From Neocallimastix sp. 'constans' (lineage: Eukaryota): DNA of 64,000 nucleotides. A program made the position numbers and the translations under genes. Of this stretch, positions 63,221-64,000 are shown one piece after another (positions within the stretch are counted from its first letter, which is position 1; every line of letters begins with the position of its first letter). Below the pieces are notes generated by a model. The model had not been told where the DNA came from. It searched no databases and worked only from the letters and a program-made list of their open reading frames with translations. Location: positions 186,001-250,000 of the forward strand of contig JBODTK010000107.1 of NCBI GenBank assembly GCA_050613775.1. Reading direction: 5' to 3'.

Positions 63221-63394
63221 TAAAATATAAATACTTATATAGTAGATAGGATGATAAATCATTTTTTTTTTTTTAGAGGGATAAATGGAATATTAGATAA
63301 CCGAATCCGAATAATAATTATGTTATAAAAAGGTGATTATATAACATTATACAGAAATTTTTAATTATAATTTTAATTTTAATTCTTATTTTTT

Positions 63395-64000
63395 TTTTTT
63401 TTTTTTTTTTTAATTTTTTTATTATTATTTCACATTTAACTAATAGTATTTATAAAATTAAATAGTAATATATTGTAAAGATTTATAGGTTTAATATAGA
63501 CATTTATTTTTATTTATATTTTTTATTTTAATTTTAATTTTAATTCTTTTTTTTCTAATAAATAATTTAGCTTTTGTTGACAATTTTTTTTTTAAATTTT
63601 ATTGTAATATTAATTTTAATTTTTTTTCTAAATAATTTAACTTTTATTGATAATTTTTTTTTTTTTTTTAATTTTTTTATTATTATTTCACATTAACTAA
63701 TAGTATTTATAAAATTAAATAGTAATATATTGTAAAGATTTATAGGTTTAATATAGACATTTATTTTTATTTATATTTTTTATTTTAATTTTAATTTTAA
63801 TTCTTTTTTTTCTAATAAATAATTTAGCTTTTGTTGATAATTTTTTTTTAAATTTATTGTAATATTAATTTTAATTTTTTTTCTAAATAATTTAACTTTT
63901 ATTGATAATTTTTTTTTTTTTTTTTTAATTTTTTTATTATTATTTCACATTAACTAATAGTATTTATAAAATTAAATAGTAATATATTGTAAAGATTTAT
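63395..64000. repeat. ~257-258-bp tandem repeat, at least 2.3 copies, running off the window
   Basis: The cacatt anchor of ttatttcacatt(t)aactaatagtatttataaaattaaatagtaatatattgtaaagatttat falls at 63431, 63689 and 63946. Confidence 0.92.

Overview
Extremely AT-rich, intron-containing eukaryotic DNA with long homopolymers and (AAT)n/(TAAA)n microsatellites. Composition, a solute-binding-protein/7TM receptor fusion and 39-aa ankyrin repeats point to an anaerobic gut fungus (Neocallimastigomycota); this is inference. The left part holds housekeeping genes: the 3' end of an Svp26/TEX261 gene, RNA polymerase I largest subunit (4 exons) and PP2A catalytic subunit (6 exons). Next come an intronless 1202-aa coiled-coil gene, a 5-exon SBP-fused class C-like GPCR and an intronless acidic low-complexity gene. 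The accessory-looking right part has three elements. (1) A spliced ~1393-aa gene joining >20 ankyrin repeats to a trypsin-like serine protease with an intact triad and an unrecognised C-terminal domain; the ORF track splits it into three ORFs. (2) An intronless HSL-family esterase flanked by decayed, rearranged copies of itself. (3) A stray C-terminal fragment of UGGT ending in KDEL. Intergenic DNA contains a MITE-like TIR family, poly(A)-tailed retroposon-like inserts (one with a perfect 14-bp TSD and a cloverleaf-like 3' structure), several near-perfect hairpins and recent tandem duplications. Splice models were read by eye from GT..AG and reading-frame continuity, without transcript data.
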